Below are positions 1 to 8,473 of a stretch of 64,000 nt of DNA, piece by piece. The position numbers and the translations under genes are program-made. The first letter of the stretch is position 1. Each line of letters starts with the position of its first letter. The stretch is from Prevotellaceae bacterium UBA1391 (GTDB lineage: Bacteria > Bacteroidota > Bacteroidia > Bacteroidales > Bacteroidaceae), in contig DBQP01000007.1 in NCBI GenBank assembly GCA_002305265.1, positions 29,429-93,428 of the forward strand, read 5' to 3'. The notes beneath the pieces were generated by a model, which was not told the DNA's origin, ran no database searches, and saw nothing but the letters and a program-made list of their open reading frames with translations.

Positions 1-92
1 ACGTCGACGCATGTCACGTGGCTGCCCATCTCGGCAAAGCATGTTCCGCTCACGAGCCCGACGTAGCCGGTGCCTACGATTGCAATATTCAT
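1..92 (-). CDS. UDP-glucose/GDP-mannose dehydrogenase family protein, N-terminal 31 codons only (gene runs off the left edge)
   Basis: My translation of the reverse complement of 1-92 is [31 protein letters not shown]. This is the GxGxxG Rossmann N-terminus typical of UDP-glucose 6-dehydrogenases. ATG at 92-90. Too short to appear in the ORF track. Confidence 0.55.
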   Translation of the reverse strand, partial: MNIAIVGTGYVGLVSGTCFAEMGSHVTCVD

Positions 93-152
93 CGTGTTTT
101 CTGTGCTTTTAGGTTGTTGGAATCCGATGCGGGGTTTTTGCATCCCGTCATG

Positions 153-160
153 CAAAGTTA
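153..160 (-). promoter_or_regulatory. Bacteroidota -7 promoter box (TAACTTTG on minus strand) for the dehydrogenase gene
   Basis: Plus strand reads CAAAGTTA, which matches the established TAnnTTTG -7 consensus on the minus strand. About 60 nt upstream of the ATG at 92. Confidence 0.4.
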
Positions 161-331
161 GAACATTTGGCCCGCTTTTTCAAATAATCGCTGATAAATA
201 TTCGCGCGTGCTGGTTTTCTGCGGCGCAGCGCTGTCGTGTGGAGTCGGCGCCTGCGGGGCTTCTGGCCAGCGCTTCTGTTGCCGTTGTGCGCCCTGTCGG
301 CGGGGATGCTGCTTCTGCGGCAGTTGATTGG

Positions 332-385
332 GGAGGCCTTCGTGTCGTCTCGCGAAGGCCTTCTTGTCGCGTTGCGAAGGCCTTC
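332..385. repeat. Triple-palindrome element, locus A: GGAGGCCTTC-N12-GAAGGCCTTC-N12-GAAGGCCTTC
   Basis: 10-mers start at 332, 354 and 376, exactly 22 bp apart. GAAGGCCTTC is its own reverse complement. The same architecture recurs at 19082, 31100, 41225 and 60704. Confidence 0.9.
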
Positions 386-607
386 TCAATCGTCGCCTAT
401 CGAGTGGCGGCTTGGGCGGAGCGGGCGGTTGGTGCCATTTTGCGCGACGTGCTCCGGTGCGGGGCACACCGCGACTTTTCGTTGCCGGAGGCGAGGCGGC
501 GGCGTGATGGGGCGAAGGGCGGGATGTTTTCAGCCTGCGCGGGCATTGCATGGGTTGGCTTTTGGAAAAAGGGGAAGGGAAACGCGGGAAACGCTGTCGG
601 CGATGCG

Positions 608-615
608 TAATTTTG
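608..615 (+). promoter_or_regulatory. Bacteroidota -7 promoter box (TAATTTTG) for the HU-like gene
   Basis: Match to TAnnTTTG, about 100 nt upstream of the ATG at 715. Confidence 0.4.
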
Positions 616-714
616 CAGGCGTAAAGGCTGGTCGCGCCGCAGCCAGACACATTCCCGCAGGGAGAGTGAGGGGAGGCGGGGCCGGTGATTGTCGAACCTG
701 AAAAACACAAGCAA

Positions 715-1107
715 ATGATGAAAAAGATTCATGCCAAGGTGCGGTATAAGTACGTCGCACCCATCCGCAAGCACCTGTATGTGGCCCGTCCCGTGCGCTA
801 TTCCCTCATTCCCCATGCCGACATCGTGCAGTTCATTGCCGAGGTGGGCTGCATGACGCGGGCGCAGGCTGCGGCGGCTGCCGAGGCCTATGAGGAGGCA
901 GTGCGCGCATACCTTTGCCAGGGCCACAGCGTCGACCTGGGTGCGCTGGGCATCTTGCGCTTCTCGTGCCACATCGACGCCACGGAGGAGCGCAGCCAGT
1001 TGGGGAAGGAGTGCGTCGGGGTGCGGCGCGTGCTCTACCGTCCGTCGGATTCTCTCCGGCGCGCGTTGCAGGAGGTCGAGGTGGAGTTCGACGACGCTGA
1101 TGCGTGA
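715..1107 (+). CDS. HU-family (Bacteroidota histone-like, HU_rel type) DNA-binding protein
   Basis: ORF 685..1107. I prefer the ATG at 715 (MMKKIHAKV...). The pattern ...ADIVQFIAE...AEAYEEAVRAYLCQGHSVDLGALGILRF...VLYRPSDSLRRAL resembles the Bacteroides putative histone-like protein family. Confidence 0.7.
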   Translation: MMKKIHAKVRYKYVAPIRKHLYVARPVRYSLIPHADIVQFIAEVGCMTRAQAAAAAEAYEEAVRAYLCQGHSVDLGALGILRFSCHIDATEERSQLGKECVGVRRVLYRPSDSLRRALQEVEVEFDDADA

Positions 1108-1156
1108 TGAGCGCGGGCCGTGCGGCAGGTGGGTCTGCTGCACGGCCCGCTGTGTG

Positions 1157-2212
1157 TCAGGCCTCAGGCTGCGGCGCTTCGGCCGTGAGCTGTGGGCGGT
1201 AGGCTTCCAGTGCCTCCTGAGCGATGCGGATGGCCTCGTCGAGCGAGCAGGAGAGGCGCCCGCCGGCGGCGTTGAAGTGGCCTCCGCCGTTGAAGTAGCG
1301 CCGGGCCATCTCGTTGGCGGGAATGTCGTCGAGGCTGCGGATGGAGACGTTGATCTGCGGTTTCTCCGTGTCTTCCCTGAGCGAGATGCTGACCTTCACG
1401 CCCTTGATCGTGAGGGGGATGTTGACCCACCCCTCGGCGTCGCCCTTGAGGTAGTTGTACTGGGCCAGTTCTTCCTTCGTGAGGGCGAAATAGGCGGCGT
1501 GCAGCGTGTCGTCGACGACGAGCTTGTGGGCCAGCACGTAGCCTTGCAGGCGGTAGCGGTCGAGCGTGTTCTGGCTGTAGATGTTGCGGATGATGCGGTC
1601 TTTGTCGATGCCCTTGCGCATGAGCGCGGCAACGATCTCGAAAATTTCGGGGTCGTTGGAGTTGTAGGTGAACTGCCCGGTGTCGGTGCACATGCCGGTG
1701 TAGAGGTCCTCGGCGGCGTGGCGGTTGATGTCGGAATCGCGTCCGATGAGCATGAAGATGCGGTAGAGCAGTTCGCAGGTGCTGCTCATGGCGGGCACGG
1801 AGATGCTGATGTCGGCGAAGCGGGTGGGGTGCTCGTGGTGGTCGATCATCACCTTCTTGGCCCGCGAGAGGCTGATGGGCAGCTGCAGCTCGTTGAGTCG
1901 GGAGAGGTCGTTGAAGTCGAGGACGACGATGAGGTCGGCGTGCTGGATGAGGGTCTTGCTGTGGGCAAAGGCGCGGTCGTACTGGATGATGTCGTCGACG
2001 CCGTGCATCCAGCGCAGGAAGTCGGGGAAGTAGTTGGGCACGATGACGTACACGCTTTTGCCTTTTTTCGTCAGAAACTCCTTGAGGGCCAGGCAGCTGC
2101 CGATGGCGTCGCCGTCGGGCGAGGTGTGGCAGGTGATGACGACGTTGCGGGCATGGTCGAACGTGGACTTGAGCGCACTGATGAGTGCGGGGTCGAAAAT
2201 GTTGCGAAGCAT
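1157..2212 (-). CDS. DHH/DHHA1 phosphoesterase (NrnA-like oligoribonuclease / pAp phosphatase)
   Basis: ORF 1157..2284, trimmed to the internal ATG at 2212 (MLRNIFDP...). Contains DHH-type motifs HTSPDGDAIGS and IDHHEH, and the DHHA1 motif GGGHFNAAGG. Confidence 0.85.
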   Translation of the reverse strand: MLRNIFDPALISALKSTFDHARNVVITCHTSPDGDAIGSCLALKEFLTKKGKSVYVIVPNYFPDFLRWMHGVDDIIQYDRAFAHSKTLIQHADLIVVLDFNDLSRLNELQLPISLSRAKKVMIDHHEHPTRFADISISVPAMSSTCELLYRIFMLIGRDSDINRHAAEDLYTGMCTDTGQFTYNSNDPEIFEIVAALMRKGIDKDRIIRNIYSQNTLDRYRLQGYVLAHKLVVDDTLHAAYFALTKEELAQYNYLKGDAEGWVNIPLTIKGVKVSISLREDTEKPQINVSIRSLDDIPANEMARRYFNGGGHFNAAGGRLSCSLDEAIRIAQEALEAYRPQLTAEAPQPEA

Positions 2213-2459
2213 ATCGTTGTGTGGCGAATGGCAGGGTGAGTGATGCGGCGCTGGCACATGGTCGGAAAGGAGCGGCCGAGGCACCGAAGTAATGGATTGT
2301 CAGCAAAGATACTGCTTTTTCTTGGGATTTACGGGATTTTTCGGGGTGCACGTGCAAGAAATTCATGGAAAAGGGTTAAATTTGCATTCGAAAGCGTGCG
2401 TCGACGCCTGCTGCCAGAGGCGGTGGGGCGGGAGATGCGCATCATTGTGCAGAAATATC

Positions 2460-3401
2460 ATGACGACAGAAAATCAGAATAGCAGCGGGCCGGCTCCGGT
2501 GTCGGCTCCGGTTTCGCGTCTCCGCTCGGGCGGCAGATGGCCTTGGGTGATTGCCGCGCTGGTGATCGCCGCACTGGGCGTGACCAGCGCCTACTTCATC
2601 TTCAAGTCGGCGGGCCAGCAATCGGAGATTGAGGACCTGAAGAACCTGGCCGAGCTCGACAAGCAGGAGATGGCTGACCAATATCGTGAGTTCGACATCC
2701 AGTACGGCGAGCTGCAGAAGCAGATTCGCAACGACTCGCTGCTGCTGCGCATCGACGAAGAGCGCGAGCGGGCACGCCGCCTGCTGAAGGAGCTGGAGCA
2801 GACGAAGGCGACGGACGCGCGGGAGATAGCCCGGCTGAAGAAGGAAATCGCCAGTCTGCGCGCCGTGCTCAAGTCGTATATCGTGCAGGTGGACTCGCTC
2901 AACCGCGCCAATGCCGACTTGCGGGAGGAGAATGCCAACGTGAAGGCGCAGGTGGTGGAGGCCACGACGCAAATCTCGCAGATTTCGAGCGAGCGCAACG
3001 TGCTGCGCGACAAGGTGGACAAGGCCGCTCAGTTGGACGCAACGGGATTCTGGGTGACGCCCCGCAACAAGCGCGGACGCGAGGAGCGGAAAGTGGCCAA
3101 GGTCACGAGCTTTGCCTTTGGCTTCACGATTGTGAAGAACGTGACGGCGCAGAACGGGCAGCGTACGGTGTATGCCCGCATTCTCAAGCCCGACAACAGC
3201 GTGTTCAAGCCGATGGGCACCTTCGCCTACGAGAACACGAGCGTGGAATATACAGAAAAGAAATACATAGAATACACGGGTGAGGAGCAGAAGATCACGA
3301 TGTACAGCGATGTGACGGAGTATCTTGAGGCCGGCACCTACCGCCTCTTCATCTTTGCCGACGGGCAGATGGTGGGACAGACCAGCTTCACGCTGAACTA
3401 A
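2460..3401 (+). CDS. Hypothetical membrane-anchored coiled-coil protein
   Basis: ORF 2292..3401, trimmed to the ATG at 2460 (MTTENQNS...). It has one N-terminal TM helix (WPWVIAALVIAALGVTSAYFIF), about 150 aa of heptad-like E/K/R/L-rich sequence, then a beta-rich C-terminal domain. Confidence 0.6.
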   Translation: MTTENQNSSGPAPVSAPVSRLRSGGRWPWVIAALVIAALGVTSAYFIFKSAGQQSEIEDLKNLAELDKQEMADQYREFDIQYGELQKQIRNDSLLLRIDEERERARRLLKELEQTKATDAREIARLKKEIASLRAVLKSYIVQVDSLNRANADLREENANVKAQVVEATTQISQISSERNVLRDKVDKAAQLDATGFWVTPRNKRGREERKVAKVTSFAFGFTIVKNVTAQNGQRTVYARILKPDNSVFKPMGTFAYENTSVEYTEKKYIEYTGEEQKITMYSDVTEYLEAGTYRLFIFADGQMVGQTSFTLN

Positions 3402-3525
3402 GCGGGCTGCGGTCCGGCGCCCGTCGGATGGAGCGTCGGACTGCGGACGGAAGCCCCAAGGGCGATTCTATGAAGGAGCCGCAGGCTTGGGTTTGTGGCG
3501 ATTGAGTGAAAATAATCCAGACGAT

Positions 3526-4176
3526 ATGCAAATAGTTTCTCCCTCTCTCCTGGCTGCCGACTTCGGCAATCTTGAGCGAGAAATGGCCATGATCAACCGC
3601 AGCGAGGCCGACTGGCTGCATCTTGATGTGATGGACGGCGTGTTTGTGCCGAACATCAGTTTTGGTTTCCCTGTGATGGAGGCGGTGGCGCGGCTCTGCC
3701 AGAAACCGCTCGACGTGCACCTGATGATTGAGCGGCCTGAAAAATTCATCCCGCAGGTGAAGGCGCTCGGTGCGATGATGCTGAACGTGCACTATGAGGC
3801 CTGTGTGCACTTGCACCGCACGATTCAGGAAATTCATGATGCGGGGATGAAGGCGGCCGTGACGCTCAACCCATCTTCGCCTGTCAGCCTGCTGGAGGAC
3901 ATGGTGCGGGATGTGGACATGGTGCTGCTGATGACGGTGAATCCGGGCTTCGGCGGCCAGCAGTTCATCGAGCACTCCATCGACCGGGTGCGCCAGTTGC
4001 GCGCGCTCATCGATCGCACGGGCAGCAAGGCCCTGATCGAGGTGGACGGCGGTGTGAATGAGGAGACCGCCCCCCGACTGGTGGCAGCGGGCACGGACGT
4101 GCTCGTGGCAGGCAGTTTCGTGTTCGGGGCTGAGCATCCGGAAGAACGGATACGCATGCTTCGCCATCTGGAGTGA
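3526..4176 (+). CDS. rpe: Ribulose-phosphate 3-epimerase
   Basis: MQIVSPSLLAADFGNLE...DWLHLDVMDGVFVPNISFG...MTVNPGFGGQQF...EVDGGV matches canonical Rpe motifs. Start trimmed to the ATG at 3526. Confidence 0.9.
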   Translation: MQIVSPSLLAADFGNLEREMAMINRSEADWLHLDVMDGVFVPNISFGFPVMEAVARLCQKPLDVHLMIERPEKFIPQVKALGAMMLNVHYEACVHLHRTIQEIHDAGMKAAVTLNPSSPVSLLEDMVRDVDMVLLMTVNPGFGGQQFIEHSIDRVRQLRALIDRTGSKALIEVDGGVNEETAPRLVAAGTDVLVAGSFVFGAEHPEERIRMLRHLE

Positions 4177-4214
4177 GCCTGCGACGGCTCTTGCTGCCTA
4201 AGAAAGCTTGGTCT

Positions 4215-5813
4215 ATGTTCGCGCAGAATAGTCCTATGGTCCGCCTTGGCATTCCTTTTCTGACTGGAATGCTGACGGCGGACTTCTGTTTGCGGCGATG
4301 GGCATGCCTGTCGTTGGGACTGTCGGTGCTGATGATGGTGATGTCGGCTGCGGTGATGCTTGCCGCCCATCGGGCGATACGGCCGGAGGCGCCGCGCCAG
4401 TTGCGCACGACGTTTGGCGTGAGCGTGATGCTTTTCTGCCTGTTGGCGGGCTGGACGGTGTATGGTCTGACGTATGAGCAGCGGGAGCAGGCTGCGCTGG
4501 CTGCGGGGCAGGGCGTGTGGCGAGGCCGCGTGATGCGGGTGGAAGAGAAGGAGAAGACCCTGGGCGTCGAGCTGAAACTGACGGACGGAAACCGCGTGCA
4601 GGCGTATGTGGCCAAGGATCGGAACGGACGGGTGCCGGCGCTGCATGTGGACGACGTGGTGGAGCTGAATCCATTGCACCGGACGACGCTGTCGCCACGC
4701 CAGCGCCGGATGTGGCCGAGCGAGGAGGAAGAACGATGGGGCGGCTATCGCGACCATTTGTTCTATGGCGGGACGGTGGCCTCGGGCTATGTTGCGTCGG
4801 GAGGCTGGCGCTTGGTGGGGAAGGGGACGGCGGACCGTTGGGCTATTTGGCGTTCGCACCTGCTGCAGGCTTACGAAAACGAGGGGCTGAACGAGGCTAC
4901 GGCCGGCATTTTGCCTGCGATGACTTTGGGAGATAAGACAGGTGTCGGCCCGGAGACGCGCGCCCACTTTGCTGCTTCCGGACTGTCGCATCTGCTGGCT
5001 TTGTCGGGCTTTCACCTCATGATCATACTCGGCGTGGTGGACGTGGTGCTGGCGCGCCGGATAATGAGCCGGCGGTGGCGGCATCTGACGGTGGCTGTGG
5101 TGATTCTCTGCATGTGGGCTTATGCGGCGTTGACAGGATTCAGCGCGAGCTTGACTCGTGCCGTCTTGATGGGAACGCTCTTCCAGTTGGCTTGGACCAT
5201 CGGGCGCAGCCGCTCGTTTCCCAATACGTGTGCTGCGGCTCTGGTGCTCATGCTCTGCTGGCATCCGCTGTGGATCAGAGACGTGGGATTCCAACTGTCG
5301 TTCCTGTCGGTGTGTGGCATCTATGTGGTGGGGCGCCCATTGTCGGAACGCTGGGTGGCGGCTTCGCGATGGAAGCGATGGGTTGTGAGCCCGGTGCTCA
5401 TCACTTTTTCGGCCACTTTGTTCACCTTTCCGCTGGTGGCTTTCTACTTTGGGCAGGTGCCACTGATGTCAATCGTGAGCAATTTGCTGGTGGCCTGGCT
5501 GGCGTCGGCGCTGATGTGGCTGGCCGTGGGATGGTGGGTGCTGCATCCGCTGGCCGCGGTAGGGAGCGTTCTCGCTGCAGGGCTGGTGCTGGTGTCGCGC
5601 GGCATGGAAAGAGTGGCGGCGCTGGTGGCCTCGCTGCGATGGGCGGTGCTGGATTATCGGCCGACGGCGGCGGAGGTGGTGCTGCTGTATGTGCTGCTGG
5701 CTGCCGGTGTATGGTTCGTCAGGAAGCGTGAGGCTCGTGCGCTGCAGGTGGGGCTGGCCGCAACGGCGGCAGTGTTCATTCTCCGCATTGTGCGTGCCTG
5801 TTGGCCTGGCTGA
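4215..5813 (+). CDS. comEC: ComEC/Rec2 family competence (DNA internalisation) membrane protein
   Basis: Polytopic membrane protein with the ComEC core motif FAASGLSHLLALSGFHLMIILG. Start uncertain: GTG 4173 overlaps the rpe stop, and I prefer the ATG at 4215. No C-terminal metallo-beta-lactamase domain. Confidence 0.75.
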   Translation: MFAQNSPMVRLGIPFLTGMLTADFCLRRWACLSLGLSVLMMVMSAAVMLAAHRAIRPEAPRQLRTTFGVSVMLFCLLAGWTVYGLTYEQREQAALAAGQGVWRGRVMRVEEKEKTLGVELKLTDGNRVQAYVAKDRNGRVPALHVDDVVELNPLHRTTLSPRQRRMWPSEEEERWGGYRDHLFYGGTVASGYVASGGWRLVGKGTADRWAIWRSHLLQAYENEGLNEATAGILPAMTLGDKTGVGPETRAHFAASGLSHLLALSGFHLMIILGVVDVVLARRIMSRRWRHLTVAVVILCMWAYAALTGFSASLTRAVLMGTLFQLAWTIGRSRSFPNTCAAALVLMLCWHPLWIRDVGFQLSFLSVCGIYVVGRPLSERWVAASRWKRWVVSPVLITFSATLFTFPLVAFYFGQVPLMSIVSNLLVAWLASALMWLAVGWWVLHPLAAVGSVLAAGLVLVSRGMERVAALVASLRWAVLDYRPTAAEVVLLYVLLAAGVWFVRKREARALQVGLAATAAVFILRIVRACWPG

Positions 5814-5903
5814 CGTGCCTGTTGGCCAGTCTGAAGAGGGGGAAAACCAGTTTGCACGCGCGTTAAACAATGTAAATGTGTTTCAAGTATCGACGAAAGG
5901 TAC

Positions 5904-5922
5904 TACCTTTGCATTATATTTG
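5904..5922 (+). promoter_or_regulatory. Two overlapping candidate -7 boxes (TACCTTTG 5904-5911, TATATTTG 5915-5922)
   Basis: Matches to TAnnTTTG about 190 nt upstream of the ATG at 6112. Confidence 0.35.
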
Positions 5923-6111
5923 GCGTACGTGTATGCGTGCGTGAAAATATGGTCGGGCGGTCGGCTCTATGCCAAGATGGCTTCACGATGTGGCTTGTCG
6001 ACACTGACCATGATGGGAAATCCGCATGCCCATGGCTACGAAAGACAGCGCGTCTGTGCTGCTGACGAAGGCCTTGGGTGAATATCAACAACGAAAACTA
6101 ACAAATTTGAT

Positions 6112-6603
6112 ATGAAGAAGTTTTTAGCCATTTTGGGTCTGGCTGCGCTGGCCATCGCTCCTGTGCAGGCACAATCGCTTTTCGAAACTGTGCACAAAAG
6201 TGCCACAGCCAAGGTGAACGACCCGAAATCATCGAACGAAACCATCGAAATCAATCAGTTTGAGGTGACGGCACTGAACTACATCTCCACGCAGGTGCAG
6301 AAGCGTGCGCTCAAGAAGGACACCTATTTCTTCGACAGCCAGGCCGTCAATCTCAAGTCGTTTGTAGACGATTTCCTGTTCTATCTCAACAAAGCCCGCA
6401 CGGTGGGTGCGCAGAAGCGCAACGAGGTGATTGACTGCTACCGCAGCGCATCGCTCTCTAATCCGCTGTTCAACGACTCGAACAAGGAGCGCGTTCAGTG
6501 CTATGTGAACGACACAAAGACGTTTACGCCGTTCTCGCTTGATACGGACTGGGAAAAAGCCTACGACCAAGCGACTGCGAAGATTAAGACAATCTTGCGC
6601 TGA
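6112..6603 (+). CDS. Hypothetical secreted protein (163 aa)
   Basis: Clear signal peptide MKKFLAILGLAALAIAPVQAQ. No recognisable family. Isolated gene with its own upstream -7 boxes. Confidence 0.6.
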   Translation: MKKFLAILGLAALAIAPVQAQSLFETVHKSATAKVNDPKSSNETIEINQFEVTALNYISTQVQKRALKKDTYFFDSQAVNLKSFVDDFLFYLNKARTVGAQKRNEVIDCYRSASLSNPLFNDSNKERVQCYVNDTKTFTPFSLDTDWEKAYDQATAKIKTILR

Positions 6604-6766
6604 AAATGGAAAAACCCATGTTGACTGAAAGGCTTGATGCTCTCGCCCGACAGTCAACATGTTGGTTTAGGAGTGCGCTGTCGCCGTATGATGTCTGCCT
6701 ACGTGATGTCTTGCGGCTGCTTTCCTGTTTGCGTAGGATCATCGTTTCATTATAAAATAATATGCC

Positions 6767-7930
6767 ATGAAGAAAATAATGCTTCTCGGTTCCGGCGAAC
6801 TGGGCAAGGAATTTACAATTGCATGCAAGCGCAAAGGCCAGTATGTGATTGCTTGCGACAAGTATCCCGGTGCACCAGCCATGCAAGTGGCTGACGAATG
6901 TGAGGTTTTCTCAATGCTGGATGGCGACGCGCTGGAAGCAGCCGTATGTCGTCATCAGCCCGACATCATTGTTCCGGAGATTGAAGCCATCCGTACGGAA
7001 AGACTGTATGATTTCGAGAAGCAAGGCATTCAGGTGGTGCCGTCTGCGCGTGCGGTCAACTTTACGATGAATCGAAAGGCAATCCGTGAACTGGCCCACA
7101 CGGAGCTGGGGCTGAAGACGGCAGACTACCGCTACGCCAAGACGTTCGAGGAGTTTCAGCAAGCGGCCGCAGAGATTGGCTATCCGTTCATCGTGAAGCC
7201 GCTGATGTCTTCTTCTGGTCATGGGCAGAGCAAGGTTGATTCGCCTGACGAGCTGCAGGAAGCATGGCGCATTGCCGCTGAGGGCGCGCGGGGCGATATT
7301 CATGAGGTCATTGTGGAGCAGTTTATCCGGTTCGACTCGGAAATCACGCTGCTGACGGTGACGCAGAAGAATGGGCCTACGCTTTTCTGTCCGCCTATCG
7401 GCCATGTACAGAAGGGCGGCGACTATCGGGAAAGTTTTCAGCCTGCATTTGTCTCGCCAGAACAACTGAAAGAGGCACAAAGAATGGCCGATGTCGTTAC
7501 GAAGGCGCTGACGGGCGCTGGTATTTGGGGCGTGGAGTTCTTCCTTAGCAAGGAGGATGGCGTCTATTTCTCAGAGCTTTCGCCGCGTCCGCACGACACA
7601 GGTATGGTGACTTTGGCAGGCACGCAGAATCTGTCGGAGTTTGAGTTGCATTGTCGCGCCGTGCTGGGCCTTCCTATTCCGGAAGTGCAGCAGGAACGCA
7701 TCGGAGCTTCTGCCGTGATACTGAGTGACGTCGAGTCGAAATCGCCAGAATACGAAGGACTTGAAGTTCCAACCGCTGCCACGCAAACGCGCCTCTTCGT
7801 GTTTGGAAAACCGGAGGCTCACGTCGGTCGTCGCATGGGCGTCGTCGTTTGCTATGATGCGCTTGGCTCGGATTTGCAAGCCCTGCGTGAGAAGTGCAAG
7901 TCGCTTGCAGCGTCTGTGAAGTTGAAATGA
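6767..7930 (+). CDS. purT: Formate-dependent phosphoribosylglycinamide formyltransferase (GAR transformylase 2)
   Basis: [16 protein letters not shown]...ATP-grasp core...GVEFF...[13 protein letters not shown], typical of PurT. 387 aa. Confidence 0.9.
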   Translation: MKKIMLLGSGELGKEFTIACKRKGQYVIACDKYPGAPAMQVADECEVFSMLDGDALEAAVCRHQPDIIVPEIEAIRTERLYDFEKQGIQVVPSARAVNFTMNRKAIRELAHTELGLKTADYRYAKTFEEFQQAAAEIGYPFIVKPLMSSSGHGQSKVDSPDELQEAWRIAAEGARGDIHEVIVEQFIRFDSEITLLTVTQKNGPTLFCPPIGHVQKGGDYRESFQPAFVSPEQLKEAQRMADVVTKALTGAGIWGVEFFLSKEDGVYFSELSPRPHDTGMVTLAGTQNLSEFELHCRAVLGLPIPEVQQERIGASAVILSDVESKSPEYEGLEVPTAATQTRLFVFGKPEAHVGRRMGVVVCYDALGSDLQALREKCKSLAASVKLK

Positions 7931-8168
7931 ACTGAGTCTGGCTAACGACTGGTCGTGTATAGTAGATCTGCTGCCTTCCCGTGTATCTCAAGACGTCTTC
8001 GTGAAACATTCCATCAGCGCTCTTATGGGCGTTTGAACGCTGATGGGAAAGCTGAAAGTTGCATTGCTACCTGACGACCGTCTCTCTTCCAATCATCTCT
8101 TCTGTATGCGGCGTAGTCCGTACGTGCAGAAGAGTTTTTTTGGCGCAGCACTCTGTTTTCAGTCTTCA

Positions 8169-8300
8169 TGCACCCTTTTCTTGGCTTTATTGCACTCCGC
8201 TCGTAGCTTTTCTGCACTCCGCTCATTGCTTTCCTGCACTCCGCTCATTGCTTTCCTGCACTCCGCTCATAGCTTTCCTGCACTCCGCTCATTGCTATAC
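8169..8300. repeat. 22-bp tandem direct repeat, 5 good copies plus 1 degenerate (consensus TGCACTCCGCTCATTGCTTTCC)
   Basis: Unit starts at 8191, 8213, 8235, 8257 and 8279, each exactly 22 bp apart, with 0-3 mismatches per copy. A degenerate copy (14/22) lies at 8169-8190. The array sits between purT and dnaB. Confidence 0.9.
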
Positions 8301-8473
8301 TGTGCTCAGTCCATGTTCTAATTGTATCCGATTCAATATCTCAGTTCATTTCTCAGGTGCTATTTCTGCAGCATTCCTTCATCATCACGCCGTCTTTCTG
8401 GTGACAAGAATGCCTCTCTCCTGAATGTTGATACTCTTCTGTTCTTATCCAACTTCCCTTTTTTCTCGCACTT

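Noticed and set aside
237-701. ORFs crossing the GC-rich islands (237..701, 239..610, 180..710, 18985..20067, 30895..31215, 41025..41342, 60620..60808, 60636..60878)
   Set aside because: They share only the EGL / RRPS / KAF tripeptides, which are the three reading frames of GAAGGCCTTC rotating with the 22-bp period. They show no other similarity to each other and no start-site context. Their Arg/Gly/Ala-rich composition is typical of non-coding GC-rich sequence.
397-1143. 248-aa minus-strand ORF overlapping the HU-like gene
   Set aside because: It is antisense to a recognisable HU-family gene, has no motifs, and extends into the non-coding island.
4173-4214. GTG 4173 as the ComEC start (overlapping the rpe stop)
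   Set aside because: It is possible, but the ATG at 4215 directly precedes the conserved hydrophobic N-terminus. It is kept as an alternative rather than a separate feature.
8169-8300. Possible CRISPR array (22-bp repeats), and likewise the array at 26557..26752
   Set aside because: The repeats are head-to-tail with no unique spacers between them. The unit lengths and architecture do not fit CRISPR, and no cas genes are in the window.
7931-8473. Chromosomal replication origin next to dnaB
   Set aside because: There is no cluster of DnaA boxes; the only near-match is TTATCCAAC at about 8447. There is no AT-rich unwinding element and no dnaA or dnaN nearby. The array is better described as a generic tandem repeat.
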